Of a DNA stretch of 64,000 bases, positions 31,032-39,463 are shown in pieces. The notes under the pieces were generated by a model that worked only from the letters and a program-made list of their open reading frames with translations, searched no databases and was not told the DNA's origin. The stretch comes from Bacteroidaceae bacterium (lineage in GTDB: Bacteria; Bacteroidota; Bacteroidia; Bacteroidales; Bacteroidaceae). How positions within the stretch are numbered: the first letter of the stretch is position 1; every line of letters starts with the position of its first letter. Made by a program: the position numbers and the translations under genes. The stretch lies in contig JAFYQK010000001.1 in assembly GCA_017547165.1 (NCBI GenBank), positions 95,422-159,421 of the forward strand. Reading direction: 5' to 3'.

Positions 31032-31125
31032 CCCTAATCTTCATGTAAAGACATTACATTCTTATGGGCAGAAGATTGTAATCTTATGAACGGAAGATTG
31101 TAATCTTACTGCCCGAAGATTAGGG
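31032..31125 (-). other. Compound palindromic structure downstream of the CotH gene
   Basis: The outer stem is CCCTAATCTTC (31032-42) paired with GAAGATTAGGG (31115-25). It encloses the hairpin ATGTAA-agaca-TTACAT (31043-59). It also encloses two copies of GAAGATTGTAATCTTA (31071-86 and 31093-108) spaced 22 bp apart. On the minus strand the structure is followed by GAACCTTTTTCC. Confidence 0.5.
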
Positions 31126-31241
31126 CGTCTTTTAGAAAGGATTTGGATGTTCAGGCAATGTAAATATTTTGTACCATAAAAATGACATGTGCCTCATCCT
31201 TTGGAGGGGTGAGGCACATGGATTAGATATAGGTGTAAATT

Positions 31242-33863
31242 TTATTGTACGATTGTTGTCTTTCCATCGATGACATAGATGCCAGGAGCAAGACCATTGG
31301 TGCTCTGCAGGTAGGGAACCTGACGGCGTACCAGGATACCGCTCATTGTGTAGACATTTACAGGGCGGTTGATGTTGTTGGCAGAGGTGGCATCCTCGAT
31401 GTCGGTGGGCTGACCATAGTCTTCGGGTTGAACGATGTCGGGTGAGATGTCGAACTTTGTCAGGTTGTTGAAGATGTAGTTAGCGCGATCTGTAATCCAC
31501 TTCTTGCTTGTTTTGGCCTGTTTCTCGTAGTCGGTGTAGTTCATCTCGGAGATGTTGGCAGAGTTGTTGTGCAGGATGCTGGGCAGGGCAAACTGTGTGT
31601 AATCGTCGATATACTCGCATAATTCCTGCAGACGGCCTTCGGCCATGAAGTTCACCCACTCCTTGTAGTAGGCGCGTTGGCCAGCCTCGGTAGCGCGGAT
31701 GGCGCTAAAGAACTTATTGCCAGCCTTGGGGGTAGAATATTCGAACTTGCTGTAAAGGTCTTCTTCGGCACCAGCTATGAAATAGGTATGTGTCTCTTCG
31801 TAACCGAATGCCCAGTCGAAGTCCCATGCAGGACCGAATTTCCACTTCTCGCCACCTGGTACATCGGGATTGAAGAGGTAGCAGCTCTTGGGGTGGTGTG
31901 TCTCGACATTGCGCACGAGGTCGTTGACGAGCCAGAACTTTGCCCATGACTCCATATCGATATGCTGGGTGATGTCGCCGCCGGCGTTGAGGGTGGACGC
32001 GAGGCTGTTGAATGAGTTCTTCACGTCGGTGAAGGTGATGAGACGCTCGTCATCTTCCTCGCCGAAGTCGGGGTCCTTGACATTTACGGGGAGGTTGTAG
32101 GTGGGGTCCTTGAAGCGGAAGTCCTCGTCGTAATAGTCGTCAAGCTCCAGAAGGCAACCTGTGGTTTCGTCGATGGCAACGCTATTGTCGGCAATGCCAA
32201 TCTTCTCAGTGAAGCAATAAGAACCACGATAGTGACCGTTGATATACACATCCACGGGAATCATGTGGCAGAGAGCCTCGGCATCCACCATAGCGGCAAC
32301 TTTCTGAGCAATGGAATTGGTTGTCATTGAACCGTTCTGCTTGTTGGCGATGAATACCCACTGGCGGTCTTGGGTAAGGTTGAAGGGAGCCTGTTTGTTT
32401 TTCTTGGGGAACTTGATGCGGAAGGGATTCTTGCTCATGTAGCTCCATGTCCAACTGCTATTGCCACGGCCACGTATCTCGCAACCTTCTACGGTGTCGA
32501 TGTCGGGCCAGATGCCAGCACCGTCCAGACGGAAGGTACAATCCTCAATCCACTCTTCCTTGGTGTTGGTACCGTCAGGCAAGGTCATACCAATCCACTG
32601 ACTGCTGTTCCAACTCACACCATCACCAAAAGTGACATAAATGGTTGGAATCTTGTATTCGCCAGTTGCATGGTCGGTGAGATACTTGACACTAACCTTG
32701 CATGGACGGCCGAATGGAACGAACTCCTTTTTAACAATCTTTTCGGAGCTGCGTGCCATGCTTTCGTCCTTGATGCAACTGAAGAGAGCAAACTCGGAGA
32801 TGACCATGTAGTTTTTGTAGGAAGCCTTGGTGAGTTCGAATCGGACGTGAGAATACTCCTCGCCAAGAGTGTAGATGTTAGAAGAGAATTCGGTGAGGTA
32901 GGATTGAGGCAGATTGTCCTCGGATTGAGAAAGGGTGCCTATCTTGTCCCAACTGCCGGTGTTGGTGTTGTAGGCGGTGATGTACCAGCCTTGTGGGAAA
33001 CGATCGTTATGAGAGGAGGTGGTGTAGGAGAAATAGAAGTTTTCGATAGCCTCCTCGAGTTCGATTTCGAGATAGGGCCACTCGGTGATGCCATCGCCCC
33101 AGGTGCCTCCATCTATCCAATTGAGCTTTTTATAATAACCGTCACCCCAGGTAGAGTGGTATAGGGTGCCCCAATTATTGTCCCAGATATTTTCCAGTCT
33201 CTGCTCGGTGTTATTGCTGGGTGCATTGGTGGTGGTGATGGATGAGATGTCTACTGGAGTTACTATCCAACCCTCGGTGCTGTTCTCTATATTGTCGTCG
33301 TCAGTCTCCTTGTCCTCCTCGTCGGTAACCTCGGTAACCTGGTAAATCCAGTGCTTGGGCTGAGCAAGAGTGTATACAACGGGTGAGGTGAAGCGTTGGC
33401 TTGACTGACCGCTGACCTGCTGTTCGTTGCCTACCCACATTGTGGCTCCCTCGCTGAGAGTGAACGAGGGACGCAGGCGCTTGCCAAGGACGGGAACATC
33501 GGCGCTGACGATGATGGTATCCTCCATCTCGGTGATGGTGGCTTTTACATCCTTGTAAACCTGATCGTTGTCGGCATGTGTGAATTCGAATGACTTAAGA
33601 CTGGCATGAGTGCCAGTGTAGTTGTTGCTGATGCTGGCAATGTCGTCTGTAGAGTATACGAAGGTTGTATCGCCTTCAAGTGTGAGGGTGCATATACCTG
33701 CTTTCAACTCTTCCTTAAGGATATACTTTTCTGGAATGGCAACAACCTGACCATCCTTGAAGGTGAGGTAGCGATTGGAGTTGATGACGCTTCTTGTTGA
33801 TTGTGCATTGGCACACAAACAAGATACCATGAGCATTAGCAATAGGGTAGAGAGTTGTTTCAT
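31242..33863 (-). CDS. CotH-family (atypical kinase fold) secreted protein with F5/8-type-C-like domain and T9SS C-terminal sorting domain
   Basis: 873 aa with a signal peptide. The CotH-like core reads ..FRIKFPKKNKQ..WVFIANKQNGSMTTN..VDVYINGHYRGSYCFTEKIG..HHPKSCYLF... The C-terminus is ..VYTMSGILV..GIYVIDGKTTIVQ. Confidence 0.75.
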   Translation of the reverse strand: MKQLSTLLLMLMVSCLCANAQSTRSVINSNRYLTFKDGQVVAIPEKYILKEELKAGICTLTLEGDTTFVYSTDDIASISNNYTGTHASLKSFEFTHADNDQVYKDVKATITEMEDTIIVSADVPVLGKRLRPSFTLSEGATMWVGNEQQVSGQSSQRFTSPVVYTLAQPKHWIYQVTEVTDEEDKETDDDNIENSTEGWIVTPVDISSITTTNAPSNNTEQRLENIWDNNWGTLYHSTWGDGYYKKLNWIDGGTWGDGITEWPYLEIELEEAIENFYFSYTTSSHNDRFPQGWYITAYNTNTGSWDKIGTLSQSEDNLPQSYLTEFSSNIYTLGEEYSHVRFELTKASYKNYMVISEFALFSCIKDESMARSSEKIVKKEFVPFGRPCKVSVKYLTDHATGEYKIPTIYVTFGDGVSWNSSQWIGMTLPDGTNTKEEWIEDCTFRLDGAGIWPDIDTVEGCEIRGRGNSSWTWSYMSKNPFRIKFPKKNKQAPFNLTQDRQWVFIANKQNGSMTTNSIAQKVAAMVDAEALCHMIPVDVYINGHYRGSYCFTEKIGIADNSVAIDETTGCLLELDDYYDEDFRFKDPTYNLPVNVKDPDFGEEDDERLITFTDVKNSFNSLASTLNAGGDITQHIDMESWAKFWLVNDLVRNVETHHPKSCYLFNPDVPGGEKWKFGPAWDFDWAFGYEETHTYFIAGAEEDLYSKFEYSTPKAGNKFFSAIRATEAGQRAYYKEWVNFMAEGRLQELCEYIDDYTQFALPSILHNNSANISEMNYTDYEKQAKTSKKWITDRANYIFNNLTKFDISPDIVQPEDYGQPTDIEDATSANNINRPVNVYTMSGILVRRQVPYLQSTNGLAPGIYVIDGKTTIVQ

Positions 33864-34017
33864 GTTATTTGATTTTTAAGTTGTTTTGCTTATAGTGTTG
33901 TAGTTTAGTCTTTGTGGGTTTAGTGTGTTTCTCGTTTTGTGTTTAGGAGTTTTGGATGGTGGTGTGGTATTTGACAAATTTCTATAAATAATGTGTAAAT
34001 ATACACTTGTAGGCATG

Positions 34018-34025
34018 CAAATATA
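34018..34025 (-). promoter_or_regulatory. -7 promoter motif (TATATTTG on minus strand) for the CotH gene
   Basis: The plus strand reads caaatata. This implies a ~150-nt C/A-rich, G-poor leader. Confidence 0.35.
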
Positions 34026-34119
34026 TAAAAAATATGTACAAGCAATATTGTAGTGCCCTATTTTTTTATTTTTATTTAAAAAGTGCTATTTCTCGTCAGT
34101 ATCGTTTTATATTTTTTTA

Positions 34120-34127
34120 TATCTTTG
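34120..34127 (+). promoter_or_regulatory. -7 promoter motif TATCTTTG for the amidase gene
   Basis: About 29 nt upstream of the ATG at 34156. Confidence 0.45.
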
Positions 34128-34155
34128 CACCACTGATAAAATGCCCTAATCCGTA

Positions 34156-34917
34156 ATGAAACGAATTGCCCTGATAATAACAACCTTTTTGCTCTGTACA
34201 CTGAATGTGTTGGCCTATACCGTGGTCATCGATGCCGGGCATGGTGGCAGAGATGTTGGAGCATTGGGTGTTAAGGCAAGAGAAAAGGATATAAACCTGA
34301 AGGTGGCACTGGCTCTGGGAAAACTTATTAAACAGAACTATCCTGGCATAAATATCGTGTACACCCGCAGTACTGACAAGTTCGTTGAATTGGGACGCAG
34401 AGCAGCTATAGCCAACAAGGCAAAAGCCGACTTGTTTATCTCGATACATACAAACAGTACCGCCGCCGGAAAAAAGGGTACAAAGGCTCAGGGAACGGAG
34501 ACATATACTTTAGGTATGCACCGCGCAGCAGACAACCTTGAGGTGGCAAAGCGCGAGAACTCCGTTATCACACTGGAGTCGGACTATAAGCAGAGATACG
34601 AGGATTTTGACCCCAATAGCAGCGAGTCGTATATCATCTTCGAATTCATGCAAGACCAGTATATGGCATCGAGTGTGAAATTTGCACAATTGATACAAAA
34701 TCAGTTTGCAAAAACGGCAAAGCGCATCAACAAGGGTGTGCATCAGGCAGGTTTTCTTGTGTTGCGCGAGGTGAGCATGCCAAGCGTATTGGTGGAATTA
34801 GGATTTATAAACAACCGACAGGAAGAAAAATATCTTGCAAGCGAATGGGGGCAAAAGCAATTGGCCAAAAGCATATATAATGCCTTTGACGCTTACTATA
34901 GGAAATCGGAAAAGTAA
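34156..34917 (+). CDS. N-acetylmuramoyl-L-alanine amidase (Amidase_3 family)
   Basis: 253 aa with a signal peptide and the motifs VVIDAGHGGRDVGA and ..LFISIHTNS... Confidence 0.85.
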   Translation: MKRIALIITTFLLCTLNVLAYTVVIDAGHGGRDVGALGVKAREKDINLKVALALGKLIKQNYPGINIVYTRSTDKFVELGRRAAIANKAKADLFISIHTNSTAAGKKGTKAQGTETYTLGMHRAADNLEVAKRENSVITLESDYKQRYEDFDPNSSESYIIFEFMQDQYMASSVKFAQLIQNQFAKTAKRINKGVHQAGFLVLREVSMPSVLVELGFINNRQEEKYLASEWGQKQLAKSIYNAFDAYYRKSEK

Positions 34918-34928
34918 AGGCGAAGACT

Positions 34929-35813
34929 ATGAAAAAGGAATTTAAGATAGGTTTGGCTGGCATAGTGGCTTTAGTAACTTTATTCTTTGGCATAAAGTTT
35001 TTAAAGGGTAAGTCATTGTTCAGTGTTACAAATGAATACTATGTTACATTTGTGGATGCGAAGGGGCTGACGAAAAGCAGTACTGTGTTTGTTGATGGAT
35101 TCGAAGCCGGTATAGTTTCCAATATCCAATACGACTATGCAAGACCCGGACATATCGTTGTTGAGGTAAGTCTTGATCCCAAGATGGTGTTGTGTGAGGG
35201 AACAAAGGTTATGCTTAATTCCGGTCTGATGGGCGGATGCCATATGAATATCGTGCCAGCACCTATAAGTGACAAGAGATATATGCCTGGCGATACCATT
35301 CCGGGTATGGAGGAATTCAGCCTGATGGGTGAGGCCGAAAACCTGGTTCCCAAAATAAACGACATTGCCAATAAACTGGATACGCTGATAACATCGTTGA
35401 ATACCCTCGTTAACAATCCAAGTTTGCCTAAAATACTAAACAATGTTGAGCAGGTAACACAAGACCTCACGGTGACAACACATCACCTGAACACTATAGT
35501 AGGAAAGGACTTGCCAACTTTGACAAATACATATAACAAGGTGGGTGAGAATGTACTCGCTCTTACCGATAACCTAAAGTCGGTGGATTTCCATGCCACA
35601 ATGGATAGCGTGAACATGACACTAAGCAATGTCAACGGCATCATGAAGCAGATTGCCAATCCCGAAGGCACACTTGGCGCTTTGATGTACGACCGAGGCT
35701 TGTACAACTCATTACACAAAACGGTGGGAAGCATCGATTCGCTCATGGTTGACATAAAGGCTCGTCCTAAACGCTATGTGCATTTCTCGGTATTCGGAAG
35801 CAAGACAAAATAA
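34929..35813 (+). CDS. MlaD/MCE-family protein
   Basis: 294 aa with an N-terminal TM segment (KIGLAGIVALVTLFFGIKFLKG) followed by an MCE domain. Confidence 0.75.
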   Translation: MKKEFKIGLAGIVALVTLFFGIKFLKGKSLFSVTNEYYVTFVDAKGLTKSSTVFVDGFEAGIVSNIQYDYARPGHIVVEVSLDPKMVLCEGTKVMLNSGLMGGCHMNIVPAPISDKRYMPGDTIPGMEEFSLMGEAENLVPKINDIANKLDTLITSLNTLVNNPSLPKILNNVEQVTQDLTVTTHHLNTIVGKDLPTLTNTYNKVGENVLALTDNLKSVDFHATMDSVNMTLSNVNGIMKQIANPEGTLGALMYDRGLYNSLHKTVGSIDSLMVDIKARPKRYVHFSVFGSKTK

Positions 35814-35927
35814 TAAAGCCTGTTTCGCCGATGCCTTGAAAGTGGAGAGAAGAGGCAGTTGCCTTCCTTCCCCCCCTACACCTAAACAAACCCCATTACT
35901 CATCATCTTAAACGCGATAGATAATTG

Positions 35928-37319
35928 ATGACAACTCCGCAAGATCAGTGGAAAAGGTGTCTGGAACTTATTCGCTCCAGACTGAACCAACAGCAATTCA
36001 CCACTTGGTTTGACCCAATATCGTTCAAGTCGTACGATTTTCAAACCAAGGAGGTTGCCATATATGTGCCCAGCCAGTTCTTTTACGAGTATCTTGAGGA
36101 GCACTACCGACAGCTTATATATCTTGCCTTGTATCATGTGTTCGGCAAGGATACACGCCTGGTGTATCAGGTAGCCGTGATACAGAACGAGGTGGTGCGC
36201 GAGGAAGGCAATAGTGCCACTCTTTTGCGGGAACCTGCCTCTAGCCGTATGCATAACAGAGCCCCTGGAGTGATGCACACCATCATTCCGGCATCGGATT
36301 TTGAAAGTTATCTTAACCATGCGCAAAACTTTGATAACTTTCTTGAGGGTATGTCAAATCGTCTTCCAAGAAGTGTTGGTCAGAGTGTTGCTGATTATCC
36401 GGCCCGTAAGACTTTCAATCCTTTGTTTATATATGGTCCAAGCGGATGTGGTAAAACTCACTTGGTGAATGCCATTGGTGTTCGTCTTCGTCAGCAGCAT
36501 CCCGAAAAAAGGGTGTTGTATGTATCAGCAAACCTTTTCCAGGTGCAATATGTAGATGCCCGACTCAATAACAAGACTAACGATTTCATCCACTTCTATC
36601 AAAGCATAGATTGCTTGATAGTTGATGATGTTCAGGAGTTTTCGGGCAAGGAGAAGACGATGGAGGCCTTCTTCCATATTTTCAACCATCTGCATCTTAA
36701 CGGAAGACAGATTATAATGACCAGCGACCGTCCTCCTGTGGAACTGAAGGACGTGGAGGAGCGCATGCTGACTCGCTTCAAGTGGGGTATGCTTGCCGAG
36801 CTTGAGGCTCCAGACAAGCAGTTGCGCCGAGATATATTGACACGACTTGTTCGTAAGGATGGTTTGGATATTTCGGAGGATGTGATAGACTATGTTGCCG
36901 AGCATTTGCAGGACAATGTGCGTGAGCTGGAAGGCTTCGTAAACTCTATGCTTGCATATAGTGTGGTGAATGGTACACACATCGACCTGGAGTTTGCCAA
37001 AAAGATTCTCAAGGCCAATACAAGATATCGTCGCCGTGCTCTCACCATAGAGGATATTATGGAAGCTGTGTGCCGACAATATAAGGTTACCAACGAAGAG
37101 TTGTGCGGACAATCTCGCAAGGCCGAGTTTGTTATGGCTCGTCAGGTGGCAATGTATTTGGCGCAGAAGCATACGGGCGACACCGTAAAGCATATCGGAC
37201 ATATCATAGGTAGAAGAACTCATGCTACCGTGATTCACGGCATACAAACTATTGAGGCAAAGATAAAGTCGAACCCAACCTTCAAGAAGGAACTTAAGGA
37301 TTTGGAGAAGAAGATGTAA
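35928..37319 (+). CDS. dnaA: Chromosomal replication initiator protein DnaA
   Basis: Start chosen at the ATG at 35928; the track's TTG is at 35925. The AAA+ Walker A motif GPSGCGKTHL is present, as is the C-terminal DNA-binding domain (..VMARQVAMYLAQKHT..). Confidence 0.92.
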   Translation: MTTPQDQWKRCLELIRSRLNQQQFTTWFDPISFKSYDFQTKEVAIYVPSQFFYEYLEEHYRQLIYLALYHVFGKDTRLVYQVAVIQNEVVREEGNSATLLREPASSRMHNRAPGVMHTIIPASDFESYLNHAQNFDNFLEGMSNRLPRSVGQSVADYPARKTFNPLFIYGPSGCGKTHLVNAIGVRLRQQHPEKRVLYVSANLFQVQYVDARLNNKTNDFIHFYQSIDCLIVDDVQEFSGKEKTMEAFFHIFNHLHLNGRQIIMTSDRPPVELKDVEERMLTRFKWGMLAELEAPDKQLRRDILTRLVRKDGLDISEDVIDYVAEHLQDNVRELEGFVNSMLAYSVVNGTHIDLEFAKKILKANTRYRRRALTIEDIMEAVCRQYKVTNEELCGQSRKAEFVMARQVAMYLAQKHTGDTVKHIGHIIGRRTHATVIHGIQTIEAKIKSNPTFKKELKDLEKKM

Positions 37320-37404
37320 TTCTCTCTCACTCCCTATGTCCGGCAGAGTTTACTGAAGGAAGGTGCAACCATCTGTCATCTGTAACCATAGTCTTAAAAA
37401 CAAA

Positions 37405-38634
37405 ATGAGAGCATCTGTAAGAAAATATACTTCGCAACCTGTTAGCGACGAGTTGCTGAACTCTTTGTTGGAGGAGGCATTGCACACCCAAACTATGGGC
37501 AATTTGCAATTGTATAGTGTTGTGGTAACACGCGATGAGGAAAAGAAGAGTATACTTGCTCCTGCTCATTTCTCCCAACCAATGGTGATGGGGGCACCTG
37601 TGGTGCTTACATTTTGTGCCGATTTTCGTCGTACTACGGATTGGGCTTTGAATCGTGATGCTCATCCAGGATACGACAATCTGATATCTTTTCAGAATGC
37701 CGCAACAGATGCTTTGCTCTTTTGCCAAAGATTTTGTGACCTGGCCGAAGCAAAGGGACTGGGCTTGTGTTTTTTGGGTACTACCATATATAACTCACAA
37801 CAGATTGTAGAGGCGCTCGAATTGCCACAACTGACATTTCCCGTGGCAACAATAACGCTGGGGTGGCCTGCCGAACAACCCAAACCCTCCGATCGTCTTC
37901 CGCTTGAGGCTATTGTTCATCACGAAACTTATGCTCCATATACTCCGGAAAGAATAGACAAGTTTTATTCGCATAAGGAGTCGCTCGAAGAGAACAAACG
38001 GTTTGTTGAGATAAATGCAAAGGAAACTCTGGCACAGGTATTTACCGATATAAGATATACCGCTGAGGCTAATGAGACTTTCTCTGTTAACATGCTTGAG
38101 GCTATGCGTCGTCAGGGCTTCTTGAATGGCAATATGACAACCAAGAAGGTTGGTCGTCCGGAGATGTTGGAATGTGATGTTGTCAGATTCCAGAACAAGA
38201 AGGACCGTTGGGTTGCTTTTGTAGGTTTGCTTAACGGCCGTCCTTACGAAATATTTACAGGTATATTGGATGATGATGAGGGTATTATGGTGCCAAAAAG
38301 CGTTAGCGACGGATATATAATTCGCCGTGTCTTGCGCGATGGTTCTCGTAGATATGATTTCCAGTTTACCAACAAGCGTGGGTACAAGATTGTCATAGAA
38401 GGTCTTTCGGAGCGTTTTAACCCAGAATATTGGAACTATGCAAAGCTGATTTCGGGCATTTTGCGTTATGGTATGCCTCTTGACAATGTTATTTCTTTGG
38501 TTTCGTCGCTTCAATTGGACTCTGATAATATGAATACCTGGGTCTCTGGTGTTGCCAAGGCATTGAAACGCTATATTGCTCCTGCATCTGATGCAGAGGC
38601 AAATGTTTCAGATAGCGAGGAGGAAAATGATTAA
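37405..38634 (+). CDS. Nitroreductase-family (NfsA/FRP-like) domain fused to a ~170-aa C-terminal domain resembling the C-terminal segment of class II ribonucleotide reductase
   Basis: Start chosen at MRASVRKYTSQPV.. (a typical nitroreductase N-terminus). The C-terminal part reads GRPEMLECDVV..NGRPYEIFTG..YAKLISGILRYGMPLDNVISLVSSL. Confidence 0.7.
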   Translation: MRASVRKYTSQPVSDELLNSLLEEALHTQTMGNLQLYSVVVTRDEEKKSILAPAHFSQPMVMGAPVVLTFCADFRRTTDWALNRDAHPGYDNLISFQNAATDALLFCQRFCDLAEAKGLGLCFLGTTIYNSQQIVEALELPQLTFPVATITLGWPAEQPKPSDRLPLEAIVHHETYAPYTPERIDKFYSHKESLEENKRFVEINAKETLAQVFTDIRYTAEANETFSVNMLEAMRRQGFLNGNMTTKKVGRPEMLECDVVRFQNKKDRWVAFVGLLNGRPYEIFTGILDDDEGIMVPKSVSDGYIIRRVLRDGSRRYDFQFTNKRGYKIVIEGLSERFNPEYWNYAKLISGILRYGMPLDNVISLVSSLQLDSDNMNTWVSGVAKALKRYIAPASDAEANVSDSEEEND

Positions 38635-38989
38635 CACCATACACATAGAGCGTCTTGCGTTGCATGGATATCATGGCGTTATGTCTCAGGAGAGAAAGAT
38701 AGGCGCCATGTTTTATGTAACTCTGCATATCGATGTAGAGGTAACGGATGAGGCTCTCCACAATGATAATCTTAATGGAACCGTTTCGTATGCCGATGTA
38801 ATAGCATCGGTGCGCGAAGAGATGTCCACACCGGCAGCTCTGCTTGAGCACCTCGCATACAGGGTGGGGCAGAGATTGCTTTATGACTTTTCGGCAATAA
38901 AATCCTTGTCAGTCCGTATCGACAAGGAGAATCCCCCATGTGGTGTGTGTGTTGACAATATTGGAGTGTCCATGAATTTATGCAGATAA
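38627..38989 (+). CDS. folB: Dihydroneopterin aldolase
   Basis: Start chosen at MINTIHIERLALHGYHGV.. It overlaps the previous stop by 8 nt. About 120 aa, typical of FolB. Confidence 0.85.
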   Translation: MINTIHIERLALHGYHGVMSQERKIGAMFYVTLHIDVEVTDEALHNDNLNGTVSYADVIASVREEMSTPAALLEHLAYRVGQRLLYDFSAIKSLSVRIDKENPPCGVCVDNIGVSMNLCR

Positions 38990-39064
38990 AAGAAAAGAGG
39001 AGATAAATTTTAGAATATATAATTTGTCGGCTAAATTTTGTTCTTTTATTTTTATTTTTTTCAA

Positions 39065-39072
39065 TAGCTTTG
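39065..39072 (+). promoter_or_regulatory. -7 promoter motif TAGCTTTG inside a gene-free region
   Basis: TAnnTTTG match preceded by a long T-rich tract. Confidence 0.4.
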
Positions 39073-39077
39073 CGTCG

Positions 39078-39249
39078 CATTTGGTTCGTTGGTTCGCTAA
39101 CGATTAAAAGGGAATGGGGTGTGAGTCTGCGGGTAACGGATTGGCGAGAGGCAAGGTTTTAGTATTGTTGATTGACGCATTTCTGCGATAATTGGTTGAT
39201 TCTTATATGTTGGACAACTAATTGAAGGCAGAGATGCGATATTTTTTTT
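39078..39249 (+). ncRNA. Candidate ~170-nt small RNA or cis-regulatory leader (family unknown)
   Basis: The interval is bounded by the promoter motif at 39065-72 and the strong terminator at 39176-39249. It has no plausible ORF. Confidence 0.3.
39176..39249 (+). terminator. Strong intrinsic terminator (about 21 bp interrupted stem plus T8)
   Basis: CGCATTTCTGC pairs with GCAGAGATGCG, and TAATTGGTTG pairs with CAACTAATTG. The stem is followed by ATATTTTTTTT. Confidence 0.7.
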
Positions 39250-39341
39250 GTAATAAGGGTACACAGGTCGTCGCACGACACGTCCGACAAAGGGTATATT
39301 CATTAAAAATGGTAGGAAGGTCGTGATGACCAGGTAAAAAA

Positions 39342-39349
39342 TATATTTG
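39342..39349 (+). promoter_or_regulatory. -7 promoter motif TATATTTG
   Basis: TAnnTTTG match ~20 nt upstream of the second terminator hairpin. Confidence 0.3.
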
Positions 39350-39366
39350 TTATTTTGCTTATGTTT

Positions 39367-39414
39367 GCTCCACTCCTGTGCGGATTTAATCCTAAGGAGT
39401 GGAGCTTGTTTTGT
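39367..39414 (+). terminator. Second intrinsic terminator in the same intergenic region
   Basis: GCTCCACTCCT / AGGAGTGGAGC stem followed by TTGTTTTGTT. Confidence 0.65.
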
Positions 39415-39455
39415 TAGTGCGAGTCAAATTATTTGCTTTTTCACTCACTTATTTG

Positions 39456-39463
39456 TATCTTTG
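39456..39463 (+). promoter_or_regulatory. -7 promoter motif TATCTTTG, likely the oadGAB promoter
   Basis: About 97 nt upstream of the ATG at 39560. Confidence 0.45.

Noticed and set aside
33864-35927. Replication origin (oriC) expected next to dnaA.
   Set aside because: I searched the intergenic regions 33864-34155, 35814-35927, 37320-37404 and 38990-39559 by eye. I found no cluster of TTATCCACA/TGTGGATAA-like DnaA boxes, only poor partial matches such as TGTGGTATT and TGTGGGTTT. The origin is probably elsewhere. A GC-skew and DnaA-box scan of the whole genome would settle it.
39100-39145. Possible cobalamin riboswitch core (AAAAGGGAATGGGGTGTGAGTC resembles AAnAGGGAAnnnGGTGnnAAnCC).
   Set aside because: The downstream conserved elements are missing: GCnGnCCCGCnaCTGT, GCCACTG and a B12 box. 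The sequence reads TGCGGGTAACGG instead. It also does not fit the TPP, FMN, SAM, THF or fluoride consensus sequences that I can recall. I therefore left it as an unknown RNA candidate.
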